Under the pieces are notes generated by a model that saw only the letters and a list, made by a program, of their open reading frames with translations, had not been told where the DNA came from and searched no databases. From Candidatus Brocadiia bacterium (lineage in GTDB: Bacteria > Planctomycetota > Brocadiia > CAIUPP01), in NCBI GenBank assembly GCA_050015075.1, contig JBEKCB010000002.1, positions 1 to 64,000 on the forward strand: DNA of 64,000 nucleotides. Direction: 5' to 3'. The position numbers and the translations under genes were made by a program. This document shows, in pieces, positions 9,512-18,677 of this stretch; the first letter of the stretch is position 1, and each line of letters begins with the position of its first letter.

Positions 9512-9527
9512 TGTTTCACGTGGAACA
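9512..9527. promoter_or_regulatory. parS: parS chromosome-partitioning site
   Basis: TGTTTCACGTGGAACA fits the 16-bp parS consensus TGTTNCACGTGNAACA. Confidence 0.85.
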
Positions 9528-9883
9528 ATCAGACTTCTTCTTCATCATACCGCCGCCATGCCGCTTCCATGACGCTTCAATGAAGCCGAAGCCGGGCCGC
9601 AATGACGACGAATGGCCCGCTCCTTGTCCGCAGAGCGGGCCATACCAGCGCGGCCGTGAAACGGCGGCGGAAAGGACAATTCGCGCGGCAAGCTCATTTG
9701 AAAAAACGAACCCGGCAACTCGGGACACATCATAATTCCGGCGTGTCGAGCCCGGCCGGGCAAGAGCCATGCTCCCGGAAATGCCAACCGCACTTTACCC
9801 GTTGACAAGCGCACGCACTTTCCCGCGTCCGCTCCGCGCCGAAATCCCCCATTATACTACTTACGGCAACGAAGTAGGGTTCC

Positions 9884-9965
9884 AACCGCAGATGGACGCC
9901 GATGAACGCAGATAAACGCAATCAAGGGACTCCGTATCGGCGTTCATCTGCGTCCATCGGCGGTT
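9884..9965. repeat. Inverted pair of 9-bp tandem arrays (ACGCAGATG-like)
   Basis: aaccgcagatggacgccgatgaacgcagataa ... tatcggcgttcatctgcgtccatcggcggtt. Confidence 0.85.
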
Positions 9966-10071
9966 CCCAACGTTTTCGACGTTATGAAATAAGTTCTTTT
10001 CAGGCTGACGAGTGATGTTCCTTCCGTCTCTTGCGCCTCTTCGCGGCTGAAACGGTTGCGCCGTCGTCGGT

Positions 10072-11142
10072 TCAGGACGGCGTGGCGCGCAGGAGATGGC
10101 CGTGGACGGAGAATCCTGCGCCGAAGGCGAGCATCATGCACCAGTCGCCCGGTGCGATGCCCGCGTCCAGGATCTTCCGCAGCACGAACCAGACGGTCGG
10201 CGAGGAGATGTTGCCGTGCTCGGCGAGGACGGCGCGCGAGGGCGCAAGCTGCGCGTCGGTCAGGCCGAGCGCGTCCTGCAGCGACGCGATGACTTTCTCT
10301 CCGCCCGGATGCAGCGCCCAATGCCGCACGTCGCCGGCGCGCAGGTCATTCGCTGAAAGCAGCCGGCGCACCAGTTCGGCGGTCGGCTCGCGGACGATCC
10401 GCGGGAGCTGGATCGAAAGCTGGTTGTGCAGTTGGCCGTTCTTGTGGACGTAGCGGATGGCGTCGCGGTGCTCCGGCGCGAAGCGGCTGCCGCCGGCGAT
10501 CAGCTCCAGTCCGCCGGGCCGGTCCCACAGCACCGCCGCCGCCGCGCCGTCGGAGAACAGCGCGTTCGAGACGATCAGGCTGAGGTCGTCGCTCATCTGG
10601 AACGTGGCGCTGCAGATTTCCACCGCGACGCAGAGCGTCGCGCCGCCCGGCGCCGCCAGCTGGAGCGACTCCGCCATCTGAAGCCCGGCCACCGCGCCGC
10701 CGCAGCCGCTGCCGACGAGGTCGTGCGCGCGGATGTCGCGCCGCAAACCGAGCCGCTCGATCAGGTACGTTGCGATCCCGGGGCACAGGTATCCGGTGCA
10801 GGTATTGACCACGAGGCGCGAGACGTCCGCCGGCCCCAGGCCGGCCTGTTTGAGGGCTTCGCGCGCGGCCTTCTCCGAAAGGTCAACAGCCCAGCGTGTA
10901 TACCGGGCGACGCGCCGGTCCGGGTCTTCGTCCACGAGGCAAGCCGGATCTTCGAGCGCAAAATGCCGCGTCCGAACGCTCGGGTGGGCGAACACCTGCC
11001 GCAGGACCGTGCGGCTCCGCGGAGTCAGCCGCGCGCCGAAATGCTCTTCCAGGTACGCCCCGGCGTTCTGCTGCTCCATGGCGAACGGCGGCGTGGCCGT
11101 CGCGACCGAGGCGATCCGCACGGCAGGTTCTCTTGAAGGCAA
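10072..11142 (-). CDS. Type III polyketide synthase (chalcone-synthase-like)
   Basis: Catalytic triad GSGCGG (Cys), LHPGG (His), HGNISS (Asn); ALFSDGAAA; AFGAG. Confidence 0.93.
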   Translation of the reverse strand: MPSREPAVRIASVATATPPFAMEQQNAGAYLEEHFGARLTPRSRTVLRQVFAHPSVRTRHFALEDPACLVDEDPDRRVARYTRWAVDLSEKAAREALKQAGLGPADVSRLVVNTCTGYLCPGIATYLIERLGLRRDIRAHDLVGSGCGGAVAGLQMAESLQLAAPGGATLCVAVEICSATFQMSDDLSLIVSNALFSDGAAAAVLWDRPGGLELIAGGSRFAPEHRDAIRYVHKNGQLHNQLSIQLPRIVREPTAELVRRLLSANDLRAGDVRHWALHPGGEKVIASLQDALGLTDAQLAPSRAVLAEHGNISSPTVWFVLRKILDAGIAPGDWCMMLAFGAGFSVHGHLLRATPS

Positions 11143-11164
11143 CGCGCGCTCCTTAGGTCGTCTC

Positions 11165-12616
11165 TCACAAGCTCCGGTTGAAGAGCCTCAGCGTGCGGCG
11201 GAGCAGGCGCGTGTGCCGCCACATCGGCGGGCGGGCGCCGATCCGCGAGGCCGCGCGCTGGATCATCGGCAACAGCGGCAGGCCGACGGACTCCAGGCTG
11301 ACGCAGTTCAGGTGCGACGCCGCGAAGCGCCGCAGCGTTTCGTCCAGTCGCACCGAGTCCATGCCCGGCGAGAAGTAGAACGCCGGCTTGAGCAATCCGT
11401 CGCTGCCGGCTTCCAGCACGCCTTCGGCGCGGGCCATGCGCTCCAGCTCGGTGCCGGGATAGACGCGCAGCCGCCAATTATAGAAGACCACGTCCTGCGG
11501 GCGCACCGACCGATGGACGAAATCGAGCGTCTCGCGGACGGTCGCCTCCGTCTCGCCGGGCCCGCCGAAGAGCAGGATCCAGAGGCAGGGAATGCGATGC
11601 CGGCGGACGACCTCCGCCGCGCGCCGGACGTCCTCGGCGGTGAAGCCCTTGCGCATCCGGGCGAGGACGGCGTCCGCCGCGCTCTCGATCGTGATGCCCA
11701 TCGCGACGAATCCCGCCGCTTCCATGGCGCTCAGCAGTTCGTCGTCGAGGAAGCGCGGCGAGAGTTCGAGGCTCTGCAGGCGCGCGCCGTGGCGGTCCCG
11801 GGCCAGCGCTTCACAGACGGCCTGCCCGTGCTCGCGCGGCGCGTTGAAGACGTTGTCCACGAACTCGATGTCGCGAAGTCCTGCCGCCGTGAGCGACCGC
11901 ACCGCACGCGCGACGCTTTCCGGCTCGCAGAGGCGGTACGTCCGGCCCTCCAGCGCGGCGTAGGTGCAATAGACGCAGTCGAACGGGCAGCCGCGCTTGG
12001 TCTGCACGGCCGCGGCCGTCAGCAGCGACCGGTAGGAACTCATCCGCAGCCAGCGACGGTAATCAGGGACCGGGCAGCCGTCCTCACCGCCCGGCGCGGC
12101 GGAACCGAGCGGCCAATGCGGCGCGGCGCGGCTCCGCACCAGCGCGCCGTCCTCGAGCCACGCCAGGCCCGGCGTTTCGCGCGGCGGCCGGCCCGCGGCC
12201 AGCGCGTCGAGAAGCGCCGGAAAGACGGCCTCGCCGTCCCCGAGCGACGCCCAGGAAGCGCCCGTGTATCGCAGCAGCGCCTCGGGCATCACGCCGACCG
12301 CCGCGCCGCCGAGCACGACCGGCGCCGGCGTCTTTCGGCGGAGCGCGGCCATCAGCGGCGCGAGGTCCTCGTAGAGGTTGCGCGGGCGCTGCGCGTCGTT
12401 GTTGTCAATGTTGCGGACGGAAAGGCCGATCACCTCGGGCCGCTCGCGGTCGAGCGCGGACTCCAGCGCGCGGACCGGGTCGCGCTCGAACATCAGGTCG
12501 AGCAGCGCCGCGCGGTGGCCGGCGCGTTCGGCCGCCTCGGCCACCAGGCACGCGCCGACCGGCATCACCGGCGCCGGGTTCCGGTAGCGGTTGGTGGAAA
12601 CCACCAGAGCTTTCAT
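11165..12616 (-). CDS. B12-binding radical SAM protein
   Basis: N-terminal cobalamin domain (VIGLSVRNIDN, VVLGG); QTKRGCPFDCVYCTY CxxxCxxC; GGPGET. Confidence 0.92.
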   Translation of the reverse strand: MKALVVSTNRYRNPAPVMPVGACLVAEAAERAGHRAALLDLMFERDPVRALESALDRERPEVIGLSVRNIDNNDAQRPRNLYEDLAPLMAALRRKTPAPVVLGGAAVGVMPEALLRYTGASWASLGDGEAVFPALLDALAAGRPPRETPGLAWLEDGALVRSRAAPHWPLGSAAPGGEDGCPVPDYRRWLRMSSYRSLLTAAAVQTKRGCPFDCVYCTYAALEGRTYRLCEPESVARAVRSLTAAGLRDIEFVDNVFNAPREHGQAVCEALARDRHGARLQSLELSPRFLDDELLSAMEAAGFVAMGITIESAADAVLARMRKGFTAEDVRRAAEVVRRHRIPCLWILLFGGPGETEATVRETLDFVHRSVRPQDVVFYNWRLRVYPGTELERMARAEGVLEAGSDGLLKPAFYFSPGMDSVRLDETLRRFAASHLNCVSLESVGLPLLPMIQRAASRIGARPPMWRHTRLLRRTLRLFNRSL

Positions 12617-12679
12617 GCCCTGCTCTTTCACTCTGCCGGAACGCGGGTCCCGATTTTCCCGTTGCGCCCTTCGGCCGGT

Positions 12680-15600
12680 CTACTTGAAGAGGTTCCGCAC
12701 TCCCTGGTCGAGCAGATTGCCGCCCTGCTCCTTTGCCTTCTGCTCGAGCAGCTTCTTGGCGGCATCCTGAATGAGCTTCTGCAAGCCCTCTTTGACCGAG
12801 TATTGCGGATTGTCCGTCGTGCCCGTGATCGCGATGCGGAGCACTTCGCCCTTCAGCGCCTGGTAGTAGTCCGCGCGGCCGCCGACCATGGTCTGCGTGA
12901 TGGGAATCTCGACGGCCATGTCCAGCGTCTTGTCCGCGAGGCCGACCGAGCCGGAAATCTTGATGGTGCAGCCCATGAGCGTGATCAGCATGGGCCCCTG
13001 GTAGATGCGTCCGTTGCGCAACGACAGCGACACGCGCTGGTCCTCGATCCGGGCCAGGTCCGCGCCGCCGGCGCCGGCGAGGCCCACCGCGGACAGGATG
13101 GATTGCAGTTGCCCGGCGGAACTCATCCGGACGCCCTTGAAGCTCAGCCCGCCCTCGAACGCGGCCGTCTGGAGCGCGTCGGCGCCGAGCGAAATGTCCA
13201 GGCTCTGCGAGTCCAGGCTCACGCTGCCATTCGCGACGGTGCAGCCTTTGAAGATGGGCAGGGCCTTGGAGAGCGCCTCGTCGGCCATTGCGGGCGTGAT
13301 CTTCGCCTCCGTGAGGATCGCCGTATTCGGCGGCAGCGTGAATTCCGGCGTCGGCTTCGACGCGTCCACCTTCATGGGCAGCTTCAGCGCGCCGCCGTTG
13401 ACCGTCGCGGTGACGTTCACGTTAGCGACGCTGTCCTTGACCTGGGCGGGCACGTCGAGCGCGGCCGTCTCAAGGCCCATGTACTTGACCTGGTCAATGT
13501 GCACCGCCGCATCGGCGATGGCCGCGGCGAGCAGCGCGCTGGTGCCTTGCGCGCCCAGCGACAGGGCGACGTGCAAGGGAGTCTTGTCCTTGCCGGACAT
13601 CTCGACCGGCTTGCCGGAGAAGGCCACGACGAGCGGGCCGATCTTGTCCCAGTTGCACTCCTGCGTCCCGTCCAGCGTCAGGTTCCGCGCCTTGCCCCAA
13701 TCGGCCAGCGAGCCTTTGGCCTGCAGGCTGTAGAAGGACGATTGGATCGCGAGTGAGTTCAGCGTGAGCGTCTGGCTGGCCGGCGCGATGTCCGCCGCCG
13801 CCGTCAGCGTGAGGTTGGGCTCTTCGATCGCCGGCCCCGTCGCCGGCGTAATCTTGAGCGAGGTCACCGCGGCGTCCAGGTTCACCGACTGCTTGTCCGC
13901 GAGCATGGCATCCTTCAGAGTGAACGTCGCCTGCCCGGTAATGCTCATCCCCGGCGGCAGCGCGGCGAAATCCTTGAACGAGACGAGCGCGCGCTCGAGG
14001 TCCAGCGCGCCGGTGATCGTCGCGGTGAGTCCGGCGGGCGCCGCCGCCCAATCCGGGATGTCCAGCGACTCGACGGCGACCGAGCCGGCGGAAATGTCAC
14101 ACTTGAGGTCGCGGACTTTCGCGCTGCGGCCGGCCGGGCTGACCTCGACCGAGCCGCCGAGTGTGACCTTCGGCTCGCGGAAGTGTTTCTCGCCCTGGGC
14201 CGCGTCGAGGTCCGTCAGGGCGACGTTGATCGGCGCTATGCGCACGACGCCGCCGTCCACGGCCAGCCCGGTGTCGAAGTCCAGCTTGCCGGCGAGCCCG
14301 ATGCCGGCCGGCATGAGACCGGCCGCGTCCGCGAAACTCGCGATGCCGCCAAGGTCGGCGTCCGCGCTGATTTTCCCGTTCTGGAGCGTCGGCATCGGCT
14401 TCGTGAAAGCAATGCTCTCCGCCGAAATCGCGCCCGAGGCAAAGGGCGCGGTGAAGTCCACCCTCAGCCCGCTGATGCTCTGGAGGGCGTTCTTCTCGTC
14501 GAGGAGCGCCGTCGCGGCGAGCGTCATTTTCGCCTCCGGCAGGTTGACCGGACCGGGCGTGAAACCGGTCAGCGCGAGGCCGGTCAGCGTCGCCTCGCCG
14601 GAGATGTCTTTCCGGCGCTCCGTCCCGGCGACGTGCAGCGTCACGCTCGCCTGGCCCGCGCAACTTTTGCCGGAGAGGTCCACGAACTTCGCGGCTTCGC
14701 GCAGCGCCGCCTCCAGGTCGCTGGTAATGGTGAGGTCGAACTTCTCCATGGACCCCGCGCCGGTCACGCTGGCGAACGAGGAGGTCAGGTGGAGATCGTC
14801 GAGCTGCGGGCCCTTGTCCGTCGTCGAGGCCCTGAGGGCGAGCACGATCGGCGCTTCGAGGGCGATCCGTTGGCCCTCATTGGTCGCGGCCACGTCTTCA
14901 ATGCGCAGCGACGCGTCCACGCGCTGGCCTTTCTCGTCGGAATCGAGCTTCGCGTCCAGCTTCACCGAGCCGCTTTCGATCGTGAGGCCTTTCTGGAGCT
15001 TCAGCGTATCGGGCAGTTGCGCGGCGAGCGCCGCCAGGTTGACTTGCGCGTCCGCGGCGAGCCGGCCCTTCGGCGGCTTGCCCGCCGCCGCCATCTCCAC
15101 CGAACCGGAGGCGCCCGCGGCGGCCACCGGCGAGTTGAACTTGAATTGCTTGATCTCCAGCGTCTGGCCCGATTTCGAGACGTCGAAGACCAGCCCGACG
15201 TGGTCGAACTTCGGCCGGTCCTTTCCGAGCGGGCCGCCGGAGAGCGCGAGATGGTCCAGCGCAATGTCGCCGGCCGCCTTGACCGCGTCCGCGCCCTGGA
15301 CCTGCACGGTCAACTTTTGGACGGTAAGGACGCCGCTCGCCTGGACCGGCGACCCGTACTGTCGCGCGAGCGCCGCGATCGGGCCGATATCCAGCCCGGC
15401 GAGGGTGATGACGACGTCCGCCGCCGCGTTCGGGTCGGGCTTGCCCGCATGGAGCACGGTGGCCGAAGCATTCACCGCCAGGGCCGCGCGTTCCGCGCCG
15501 AGCGCGGCCTTTACGTCGAGATGGATCGGCTTCTCGAGAGACTCGATCTTGACGTTCACGTCCAGGTCGCGGACGAGGAACGGCTCGGCCGCGCCGACGG

Positions 15601-16138
15601 GTTGGACGCTGATCTGGCCGTTCGTGACGACGATATTGCCGGCCACGTCGAAGCCGAGCGGCTGCGGCGGCGCTGGAGCGGCCGCGGCGGGCGGTGTCGC
15701 CGGCTTGGTGAGCCGGGTGAGGCTGTTCGTGCCGTCGGCATAGAGGACGATGTCCGCCTTCGGCGACTCGATGGCGATCGTGCCGAGCTGCTTGTTCGAG
15801 CCGAGCAGCGCCGGCACGCTGGCTGGAAGCGTGACGGACTGGATTTCGACCACCGGCCGGCCCTGCGCGTCTGCGACGCGGATGCCGGACAACTTGAACC
15901 CCGAGAACCAGCCGAACGACCAGGAATCAATGCTGGCCTTCCCGTTGATCTGCTGGTTGACGCGCGCGAGCACCATGCCCTTCACCGGCCCGGTCGAGGC
16001 GATCGTGGGCAGCAGCGCGACGAAGAGCAGGATCAGGACGAAGACGCCCAGCAGGATCCACGGCCACCGCCGGCGCTTACGAACGGCCTTCGGCTGAGTC
16101 GGTTGCGCGGAGGGCGGAACGGCGGTTTGATCGGGCAT
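12680..16138 (-). CDS. Large AsmA-like envelope protein
   Basis: Single N-terminal TM after a basic patch (RKRRRWPWILLGV); long beta-rich body; C-terminal ITGTTDNPQ. Confidence 0.7.
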   Translation of the reverse strand: MPDQTAVPPSAQPTQPKAVRKRRRWPWILLGVFVLILLFVALLPTIASTGPVKGMVLARVNQQINGKASIDSWSFGWFSGFKLSGIRVADAQGRPVVEIQSVTLPASVPALLGSNKQLGTIAIESPKADIVLYADGTNSLTRLTKPATPPAAAAPAPPQPLGFDVAGNIVVTNGQISVQPVGAAEPFLVRDLDVNVKIESLEKPIHLDVKAALGAERAALAVNASATVLHAGKPDPNAAADVVITLAGLDIGPIAALARQYGSPVQASGVLTVQKLTVQVQGADAVKAAGDIALDHLALSGGPLGKDRPKFDHVGLVFDVSKSGQTLEIKQFKFNSPVAAAGASGSVEMAAAGKPPKGRLAADAQVNLAALAAQLPDTLKLQKGLTIESGSVKLDAKLDSDEKGQRVDASLRIEDVAATNEGQRIALEAPIVLALRASTTDKGPQLDDLHLTSSFASVTGAGSMEKFDLTITSDLEAALREAAKFVDLSGKSCAGQASVTLHVAGTERRKDISGEATLTGLALTGFTPGPVNLPEAKMTLAATALLDEKNALQSISGLRVDFTAPFASGAISAESIAFTKPMPTLQNGKISADADLGGIASFADAAGLMPAGIGLAGKLDFDTGLAVDGGVVRIAPINVALTDLDAAQGEKHFREPKVTLGGSVEVSPAGRSAKVRDLKCDISAGSVAVESLDIPDWAAAPAGLTATITGALDLERALVSFKDFAALPPGMSITGQATFTLKDAMLADKQSVNLDAAVTSLKITPATGPAIEEPNLTLTAAADIAPASQTLTLNSLAIQSSFYSLQAKGSLADWGKARNLTLDGTQECNWDKIGPLVVAFSGKPVEMSGKDKTPLHVALSLGAQGTSALLAAAIADAAVHIDQVKYMGLETAALDVPAQVKDSVANVNVTATVNGGALKLPMKVDASKPTPEFTLPPNTAILTEAKITPAMADEALSKALPIFKGCTVANGSVSLDSQSLDISLGADALQTAAFEGGLSFKGVRMSSAGQLQSILSAVGLAGAGGADLARIEDQRVSLSLRNGRIYQGPMLITLMGCTIKISGSVGLADKTLDMAVEIPITQTMVGGRADYYQALKGEVLRIAITGTTDNPQYSVKEGLQKLIQDAAKKLLEQKAKEQGGNLLDQGVRNLFK

Positions 16139-16240
16139 GGCTCTTCTCCCCTGGAAGAATAGAACGACGCTCCTGACAATTCTCACATTGTGGTGTCGGA
16201 CGCCTTCGCACTCTGCCAAATACTCAAGAGCCCCAACTCG

Positions 16241-16456
16241 CTAATCAGCGTCCAGCCCCAGTGATTCACGCACAATCCCGCGAAGCTTCCGAGCCTCGGC
16301 GAGTGCCTCTTTTGCCATCCGCTACTTTTCGACGCACTGCTGGGCGTGAAAGCATGCGGCATCGAAGTTCGGCGCCTTACGCGCATGGACCTCGCGAAGC
16401 AACGTGTTGAAATCCCCTTCGGCTTTTTTCACCCACTCACGCGTGAGGGTTTTCAT
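16241..16456 (-). pseudogene. HEPN-domain toxin pseudogene (internal deletion and stop)
   Basis: MKTLTREWVKKAEGD...ACFHAQQCVEK* followed in frame by C-terminal helix AKEALAEARKLRGIVRESLGL. Confidence 0.8.
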
Positions 16457-16757
16457 ACAGCACAACTCCCTCCTGCGCAATGCGTCGAAGGAAAAAGTCC
16501 CCTTGTCGAATACGTTGTTCGAATTGTTCGGGAGTGCGCAGCAGCAGGTCCAGCGCGAAAGCCGGCTTGACGCGTTCCAGAATCTCAACGGCCTTCCGGC
16601 ACCCTTTTCCGCGGAAAGACAGTAGGACCAGCAGGTCCACGTCCGATTCTCCGCCCGCCGCGCCTCGGGCGTGAGAGCCGAACAACACGATTCTCTCCGG
16701 CTTGAACTCGCGAGCAATCGTGTTGGCGAGTTCCCTAATCTCAGTAAGCTTGACCAT
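16437..16757 (-). CDS. Minimal nucleotidyltransferase (MNT) antitoxin
   Basis: PERIVLFGSHARGAAGGESDVDLLV GSx10DxD motif; upstream of the HEPN gene. Confidence 0.92.
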   Translation of the reverse strand: MVKLTEIRELANTIAREFKPERIVLFGSHARGAAGGESDVDLLVLLSFRGKGCRKAVEILERVKPAFALDLLLRTPEQFEQRIRQGDFFLRRIAQEGVVLYENPHA

Positions 16758-16803
16758 ACATCTCCATCCTTGGCCTGTCGTTCAAGGAGCGCCGCCGCTT
16801 TCG

Positions 16804-16832
16804 ATTATACGCATCTCCCGCGCATCGCTCAA
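16804..16832 (-). promoter_or_regulatory. sigma70 promoter of MNT-HEPN, overlapping a hairpin after argS
   Basis: Minus strand TTGAGC-17bp-TATAAT; hairpin ctcccgcgc/gcgcgggag at about 16815-16843. Confidence 0.6.
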
Positions 16833-16844
16833 GCGCGCGGGAGT

Positions 16845-18557
16845 CTACATCTCTTCCGGCGCCACGATGCCGAGCAGCTCGAGGCCGTTGGCGATGGTCT
16901 GGCGAATGCCGTCCACCAGCAGCACTCGCGCGGCGGTCAGGTCCGGGTCGTCGCCGACGACTTTATGCTTGTGATAGTAGCTGCTGAACCGGGTGCAGAG
17001 GTCGAGGAGATACTGGCTGACCATGGCCGGCTCGCACGCCTCGGCGGCGCGGCGGATGGTCGGCTCCAGACCGGCCATCGCCTTCGCGAGGGCGAATTCC
17101 TCCGGCTCGGCCAGGAGCGCGAAGTTGACCCGCTCCGCCGGCGGCTTGCCGTGCTTCCTCAGGATGCTGCACAGCCGCGCATGCGCGTACTGGACGTACG
17201 GGCCGGTCTCGCCCTCGAAGCTGAGGATCGCGTCCCAGTCGAAGTCCACGTCCTTGATCCGCTGGCGCTTGAGGTCGTTGAAGACCACCGCACCGATGCC
17301 GACGGCGGCGGCGATGCGCTCCTTGTCCGCCAGGTCCGGGTTCTTCGCCTCGATCGCCTGCCGCGCGCGCTCGATCGCCTCGCGCAGCACGTCCTTGAGC
17401 ATGATGACCTCGCCGCGGCGCGTGGACATCTTGCCGGCGCCCTCCGCGCCTTTCATCCGGACCATGCCGAAGTCCACGTGGACGCAGTCCTTCGCCCAGG
17501 GATAGCCCATCATCTCGAGCACTTTGAAAATCTGGCGGAAGTGCAATTTCTGGTCTCCGCCGACGACGTAGATCATCCGGGCGAAGTGGTAGCGGTTCCA
17601 ACGGTCCTCGGCGGCGGCGATGTCGCGCGTGTCGTAAAGCGTTGCGCCATCAGATTTTCGGAGCAGGACCGGCGGCATCTTGTCGGCGGAAAGGTCCACG
17701 ATGAGCGCGCCCTGGTCGAGCTTCGCCAGGCCGAGTTGCTCCAGCCGGCGGATGGCGCCGGGCATCAACTTGTCGTACTTCGACTCGCCGCTGATCTCGT
17801 CGAAGCGCACGCCGAGCACGCGATAGACTTCCTCGAACGCGGCGAGGCTGACCTGGCGGAACCGCTCCCAGAACGCGACTGCCTCCGGCTCGCCGTCCTC
17901 GAGCCGCTTGAACCACGCGCGGCCCTCGTCGCGGAGCGACGGGTCTTTCTTCGCCTCCTCGTTGAACCGCACGTAGAGCGCGTTGAGGTTCGCGACCGCG
18001 TCGCCCTGGAGCGTCTCCGGTCCGCCCCAGCGCTTGTACGCCGAGATCATCAGCCCGAACTGCGTGCCCCAGTCGCCGAGGAAGTTGATGCCGACGACGC
18101 GATAACCGAGCGCGCGATAGATCCGGTCGAGCGCGTTGCCGATCATCGTCGTGCGCACGTGATGGATGCCCAGGTGCTTGGCGATGTTCGGCGACGAGAA
18201 CTCGACGACGACGGTTTGACCTTTGCCCAGGTCGGAATGGCCGAACTCGCCTTTGCGCCGGTGCGCCTCCGTCAGGGCCCAGGCGATGAACGCCTCGCGG
18301 CGGACGGAGAGGTTGACGTACGGCCCATTCGCCGACGCGCCGGCGATCCACTCGCCCGGCTGGATCTTCGCCGCCAGTTCGCGCGCGGCCTCCGCCGGAT
18401 TTTTCTTATGCGCGCGGGCCAGGCCGAAGCACGGGAACGCGTAGTCGCCCATCGTCTCGTCCGGCGGCGTCGTCAGCAGCGACTCGACCGTCGCTTCATC
18501 CTGGGAGACGAGCGCGGCGAGTTCGCGCGCGATCGCGGTGATGAACGGGTTGTCCAT
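16845..18557 (-). CDS. argS: Arginyl-tRNA synthetase
   Basis: GDYAFPCF, EFSSPNIAK, GDWGTQFG, KSDGATLY, KMSTRRG, GETGPYVQYAHARLCSI, APEEM end. Confidence 0.97.
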   Translation of the reverse strand: MDNPFITAIARELAALVSQDEATVESLLTTPPDETMGDYAFPCFGLARAHKKNPAEAARELAAKIQPGEWIAGASANGPYVNLSVRREAFIAWALTEAHRRKGEFGHSDLGKGQTVVVEFSSPNIAKHLGIHHVRTTMIGNALDRIYRALGYRVVGINFLGDWGTQFGLMISAYKRWGGPETLQGDAVANLNALYVRFNEEAKKDPSLRDEGRAWFKRLEDGEPEAVAFWERFRQVSLAAFEEVYRVLGVRFDEISGESKYDKLMPGAIRRLEQLGLAKLDQGALIVDLSADKMPPVLLRKSDGATLYDTRDIAAAEDRWNRYHFARMIYVVGGDQKLHFRQIFKVLEMMGYPWAKDCVHVDFGMVRMKGAEGAGKMSTRRGEVIMLKDVLREAIERARQAIEAKNPDLADKERIAAAVGIGAVVFNDLKRQRIKDVDFDWDAILSFEGETGPYVQYAHARLCSILRKHGKPPAERVNFALLAEPEEFALAKAMAGLEPTIRRAAEACEPAMVSQYLLDLCTRFSSYYHKHKVVGDDPDLTAARVLLVDGIRQTIANGLELLGIVAPEEM

Positions 18558-18568
18558 TTCAACCTCTC

Positions 18569-18677
18569 GATTTGGAAATTGGGAGATTAGGAGATTGGGA
18601 GATTAAGCCCTGCTGTCTTTCCAGGGTTCAATCTTCCAATTACCCAATCTCCTAATCTCCCACTTTCCCAATGTCCC
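18569..18677. repeat. Inverted pair of 8-bp tandem arrays (GATTGGGA / AATCTCCC)
   Basis: gatttgga aattggga gattagga gattggga ... aatcttcc aattaccc aatctcct aatctccc actttccc. Confidence 0.85.

Noticed and set aside
10733-15743. Very long plus-strand ORFs (1007 aa, 659 aa), and similarly 21179-24001, 16671-18590, 26249-28171, 41344-43467
   Set aside because: Antisense shadows of real high-GC genes; no recognisable motifs.
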